Shown: positions 32,489 through 36,189 of the stretch, piece after piece
Position numbering within the stretch: position 1 is the first letter of the stretch
Layout: each line of letters opens with the position of its first letter
Origin: Cyanobacteria bacterium J06626_4
GTDB lineage: Bacteria; Cyanobacteriota; Cyanobacteriia; Phormidesmidales; Phormidesmidaceae
Assembly: GCA_038523235.1 (NCBI GenBank)
Contig: JBCBJQ010000059.1
Span: forward strand, 1-36,189
Length of the DNA stretch: 36,189 nt
Reading direction: 5' to 3'
The notes under the pieces: model-generated
Told to the model about the DNA's origin: nothing
Databases searched by the model: none
What the model saw: only the letters and a program-made list of their open reading frames with translations
Made by a program: the position numbers and the translations under genes

Positions 32489-32722
32489 CTACCGAAGGGA
32501 TTCGGTAATGACCGCGATCGCGCCTAAGCAAAACACCAACACCAGTGCCCTCAGGGCGAGCTTCTCCAGCAGCCATATCATCAGGCTGGCAAGCACTCCG
32601 AGACTGAGAACGGTGGACACCACATATGTCACTGTGCAGCTGGCCAGACTCAGCAAAAAGTATTTCAGGGCTATGATCGCTAGCCTAAGTAACCAACTGT
32701 GGGAATGCTGTTGTCTCATCAT
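32489..32722 (-). CDS. Small hydrophobic membrane protein
   Basis: 77 aa, almost entirely hydrophobic (2-3 TM segments), with GGGGG upstream of the ATG. Confidence 0.65.
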   Translation of the reverse strand: MMRQQHSHSWLLRLAIIALKYFLLSLASCTVTYVVSTVLSLGVLASLMIWLLEKLALRALVLVFCLGAIAVITESLR

Positions 32723-32814
32723 GGTTGTCGCCCCCTGAGCAGATATTTATGGTGCTTCATTAAATACAGGTGTCGTTTGAGGCAGGAGAAGCACTGCCCC
32801 AAAACGAATCAGAA

Positions 32815-33033
32815 CTAGAGATTCTGCAAAGCATTGCCGTGAATATAGGCGGCTCCCCCATCACTAGGGACAATCATCCATTGATTGCAGCCCATGTCCC
32901 AGACTTCGCCCATGGCAGTGATTTGGGCACCGACAGCTAAGTGGGTAATGACATCGCCCTCAAAGCCATAACCAGCACGTAGCGGGGTCGTAGGGATCAC
33001 CTTGATTTCTGAAACTGCGGAATATGCGCTAGA
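32815..33033 (-). pseudogene. SH3b-like domain fragment, probably 5'-truncated
   Basis: PLRAGYG..VITHL..G..I..GE..W..V..GGAAYI resembles bacterial SH3. The frame is closed by an upstream TGA (33034-33036), has only a GTG start at 33000 and no signal peptide. Confidence 0.5.
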
Positions 33034-33041
33034 TCACAATT

Positions 33042-33066
33042 AACAGGTTTAGCTTGCCGTAATATT
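33042..33066 (+). repeat. Imperfect direct repeat, copy 1
   Basis: AACAGGTTTAGCTTGCCGTAATATT; shares an exact GCCGTAATATT core with 35658-35683. Confidence 0.55.
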
Positions 33067-33245
33067 ACTGAAAGTCCATAGAGTAAATTTGATGCATAGT
33101 AGCTTCAAGTCATTGCTTTAATGAGTGCATTTTTCTTTTTCTCGTAAGTTTTGCGAGACTGAGATGCACGCGACTGTTTAAATTTTCCATCAAGGGTGCC
33201 TGATTGAGCCAACTGAATCCTTAGTAAATAAGCCCGGAGGTAACT

Positions 33246-33626
33246 GTGGTCAGTAGTGCATCTACCCCTGTCAAAGTCAGGATAAGCTTCAATGATCCAG
33301 AATTAGATTTAGACGAAAGAGAAACGGAAATCCAGAAATTATTGCCTCAGCTGATAGCACTGGATGAAGTCGATGATGTTGGCCGAATTGATGATCCTGC
33401 TCCACCGGAGTCGAGTAAAGGGTTTGGTTTTTTGCTTGGGCTGTTGCAAGCCGAGGTAAGTGTTGAGAATTTCAAGGCCCTCGGTGGTTTTTTGAGCGAT
33501 CGTCTCTCAGGAAAAGCGATCGAGATGGAAGTTGAGGCCAATGGCAAGCGCTTGAAAGTTACCGCTAGTAGCCAAGCTGAGCTGACGGCTGCCATTCAAG
33601 CTGCTCAAGATTTCATCTCGGATTGA
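33246..33626 (+). CDS. EACC1-like (effector-associated constant component) protein
   Basis: 126 aa: acidic N-terminal half, PAPPESSKG motif, hydrophobic/amphipathic stretch GFLLGLLQAEV..LGGFLSDRL, then IEMEVEANGKRLKV; directly upstream of a caspase gene; GGAGG before the GTG. Confidence 0.75.
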   Translation: MVSSASTPVKVRISFNDPELDLDERETEIQKLLPQLIALDEVDDVGRIDDPAPPESSKGFGFLLGLLQAEVSVENFKALGGFLSDRLSGKAIEMEVEANGKRLKVTASSQAELTAAIQAAQDFISD

Positions 33627-33639
33627 GGAGCTGATAGAC

Positions 33640-35652
33640 ATGGCAAAAACAGCTCTACTGATTGGTGTCAGCAATTACCAACGTGATCTAAGTCCCCTGC
33701 CTGCTGCAATACAAGATGTTAGAGAGTTAAAGCGAGTTCTTGAGCATCCCGAAATGGGAAACTTTGATGAAGTCGCAACCTTTACTGATATCAGTACGCA
33801 GGCGATTAGAGAAGCAGCCGAGAGAGTCTTTTCTCAGCGAAAAAAAGATGACTTAGTCCTTTTCTTTTTCTCTGGGCATGGCATTAAGGACGAATATGGC
33901 AAGCTTTATCTTGCTGCACCTGAAACATATAAAGACTCGCGAGGAGAATTAGTCAGATCCAGTGCCGTTGCGACAAGCTTTATCCAAGACAGTATGAGTC
34001 GCAGCCGCTCTAAGCGGCAAATTGTGATTTTGGATTGCTGCTTTAGTGGTGCATTTGGCGACAATCTTGCAGCTAAGGATGATGGCGTCGTCGATATCGA
34101 AAGCGAGCTGGGTGGCGAAGGGCGAGCTATTCTAACCTCTTCGACCTCGAGCCAATACTCATTTGAGCAACAAGGGGCCGATTTATCGATTTACACCCGA
34201 TATCTCGTAGAGGGTATTGAAACGGGGACAGCCGACCAAGATAACAACGGCATTATTTCAACCGATGAATTGCATGAATATGTAAAACGAAAAGTGCAAG
34301 CTGCTGCCCCAGCGATGAAGCCCAAGATTTTTGTTGGTGAAGAGGGCTTCAAAATTTCCGTTGCCCATGCTCCTGCGCAAGAGCCGAGTCTGCAATATCG
34401 TCGCGAAGTCGAAAGGGTCGCTAAAAATGGTCGGGGGGAAATATCGGCAGTCGCTCGGAGTCTCTTAAAGCATCGTCAACAAACACTATTGATTTCAGAT
34501 TCTCAAGCTGCGGCAATTGAGGTTGAAGTTTTTGAGCCTTATCGGCAATATCAGCAAAGTTTGAAGACCTATGAAGAAGCGCTCCGTTCGGCTTTAGGGC
34601 CGCACACTACCATAACGCCCCGACAACAAGCGGATCTTGACCGATTTCAAGACATTCTGGGTTTGCAAGATGATGACATCAAAGCCATCAACGCTAAGAT
34701 TGCGGCTGAAAACGAGGCCATCCAATTTGGTCAGCAACAAGGAGCATTACACGTAAAGTCTTCTGCCTCTACAGCGGCTAACCATCAAGCAGTTGGTGAC
34801 AAAGTCGTTAGGGAGCCTGAGAGACATCACCCTGAACAGCGGGCAGGCGAAGTATATACCGAGCCTACGACTGCTGCTGATGTGTCAGCTCAAGTCTCGA
34901 CGAAGCATAAAGGGGCTAAATCGAAGCCTCTCTCGCCTTTGTTTAAAGTTACAAGTGGTCTGGCACTGCTAACTGCTGGGGGTGTTGCGATCGCCTCTTT
35001 AAAGCCGAATGCGGTTCCTAGTGGAGAGACCGCATTCGCATTTCAGACAGCGTCTTCCGACCACTCAGTGGTCGAGGATAGCTACAATCAGTTTCTTAAG
35101 CAAGCTGTTGCTTTATCGCAAGATAGTTTAGATGCTTTTGCTACGCAGACTCTCGATATTGCTTGGGAATATTACGAAAGAGGTGAGCTGGAAGAAGCTA
35201 TAGGTGCCCTGAATGAAATTTCCCCTAAGAGTAGCCTTTTTCAAGATGCTCAGTTCCGTATTGAACTGTGGACTAAAGACTGGGATGAGAACCAAGCTAA
35301 ATTGCAGCAGGCTGAAGCCGCTTTGGCAAATGGTGAGTTAGATTATGCTCGACAGCAGGCGAACTCAATCAAAACACCTATGGCCCACTGGCGCGACGTT
35401 CAAGCCAATATAATTGCCCGTATTGATGCCGCCACTCCACCGCCACCTACCCCCGACATAGAATCTTCCGATAATGAGGTAGGCGACAACACTCCGCCGC
35501 CAGATGAAGTAGAAGGCATGAGTAAAGAAGAATGCCTAAATCTTCAAACAGCCTATGATGGTGGCGATCCAGAAGCTTGGGATAAAGTCTATTCTGCAGG
35601 CAGTAATGTAGAACAGTTTTGTGCGCCCCATGGAGTTTACTTTTCAGGATAG
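33640..35652 (+). CDS. Caspase-family (peptidase C14) protease with TM helix and C-terminal extracytoplasmic domain
   Basis: ALLIGVSNY, FFFSGHG (H80), ILDCCFSG (C134), TM at about aa 434-454 after a basic patch, TPR-like helices; RBS GAGGAG overlapping the upstream stop. Confidence 0.92.
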   Translation: MAKTALLIGVSNYQRDLSPLPAAIQDVRELKRVLEHPEMGNFDEVATFTDISTQAIREAAERVFSQRKKDDLVLFFFSGHGIKDEYGKLYLAAPETYKDSRGELVRSSAVATSFIQDSMSRSRSKRQIVILDCCFSGAFGDNLAAKDDGVVDIESELGGEGRAILTSSTSSQYSFEQQGADLSIYTRYLVEGIETGTADQDNNGIISTDELHEYVKRKVQAAAPAMKPKIFVGEEGFKISVAHAPAQEPSLQYRREVERVAKNGRGEISAVARSLLKHRQQTLLISDSQAAAIEVEVFEPYRQYQQSLKTYEEALRSALGPHTTITPRQQADLDRFQDILGLQDDDIKAINAKIAAENEAIQFGQQQGALHVKSSASTAANHQAVGDKVVREPERHHPEQRAGEVYTEPTTAADVSAQVSTKHKGAKSKPLSPLFKVTSGLALLTAGGVAIASLKPNAVPSGETAFAFQTASSDHSVVEDSYNQFLKQAVALSQDSLDAFATQTLDIAWEYYERGELEEAIGALNEISPKSSLFQDAQFRIELWTKDWDENQAKLQQAEAALANGELDYARQQANSIKTPMAHWRDVQANIIARIDAATPPPPTPDIESSDNEVGDNTPPPDEVEGMSKEECLNLQTAYDGGDPEAWDKVYSAGSNVEQFCAPHGVYFSG

Positions 35653-35657
35653 ATAGG

Positions 35658-35683
35658 AACAGTTTGGCTAGAGCCGTAATATT
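35658..35683 (+). repeat. Imperfect direct repeat, copy 2
   Basis: AACAGTTTGGCTAGAGCCGTAATATT, 5 bp after the caspase stop. Confidence 0.55.
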
Positions 35684-35690
35684 TAGTGCC

Positions 35691-35731
35691 ATGCGCAGGC
35701 GTAGAATGACACCTGCGCATTTTCGCTTTTT
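35691..35731 (+). terminator. Intrinsic terminator after the caspase gene
   Basis: ATGCGCAGG..CCTGCGCAT stem followed by TTTCGCTTTTT. Confidence 0.7.
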
Positions 35732-35808
35732 ATCCGGACCTTTTCTGTCAGACAAGAAAAGTTAACTAGGGCTACTTGTTCTTCGACTTTTTTTAGCGTG
35801 AGGAAAGA

Positions 35809-36189
35809 ATGGATAAACGTGGTCAGACGGGAGCTGTAAGCGCAGGTACGCTTGTTATTGTTATTGGCGCATTATTGGTTGGTGCTGCGGCTGCTATTGT
35901 TGGGATTGAAATCTTCGGACCAACCACTCCTCCAGAGCCAGTAGTTGACTCTCTTCCGGAGCCACCAGTCATGCAGACATCTTCTCAGATAGTTTGCGTG
36001 CCTGCTCCCAGTGGAATGCAGGATGAAGATGCCATCAAGCAAATTCAGAAGAACAGGAAGATTCTTTATAGACTAGACAACAACCTTCTTGGCAAAGTTG
36101 ATGAGTCTACCTCTCATGGCCAATTCGTAGAAGTTTTTGAACCAAGAAGGGAAGAAACCGTTAAAACAAACGTAAACTCATTTCCATTT
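35809..36189 (+). CDS. Partial membrane-anchored hypothetical protein (runs off the window)
   Basis: GAGGA RBS, then an open frame to the window end: MDKRGQTGAVSAGTLVIVIGALLVGAAAAIVGIEIFGPTTPPEPVVDSLPEPP... Confidence 0.75.
   Translation, partial: MDKRGQTGAVSAGTLVIVIGALLVGAAAAIVGIEIFGPTTPPEPVVDSLPEPPVMQTSSQIVCVPAPSGMQDEDAIKQIQKNRKILYRLDNNLLGKVDESTSHGQFVEVFEPRREETVKTNVNSFPF

Overview
Cyanobacterial chromosomal DNA: abundant HIP1 GCGATCGC octamers, split rpoC1/rpoC2, carboxysomal CcaA and a glucosylglycerol cluster point to a salt-tolerant, probably filamentous Leptolyngbya/Nodosilinea-like strain (inference). From left to right: an AT-richer edge with a 32-bp tandem repeat and hairpins; a VOC gene; leuD and leuC separated by a GH13_18 glucosylglycerate-phosphorylase-like gene and a Crp-family regulator; ArsR, rsmE and a secreted protein; ggpS-glpD-gpsA divergent from gghA; hisD; rpsT-tatD-rpoB-rpoC1-rpoC2; a PanE-like gene, ccaA and tRNA-Arg(CCT). 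Beyond the tRNA is an accessory region with small membrane/NfeD genes, a truncated SH3b fragment, and the most notable element: an EACC1-like small protein paired with a membrane-anchored caspase-family protease (intact His/Cys dyad, EF-hand loop, extracytoplasmic helical domain), bracketed by an imperfect direct repeat. Family assignments come from motif recognition, not database searches.
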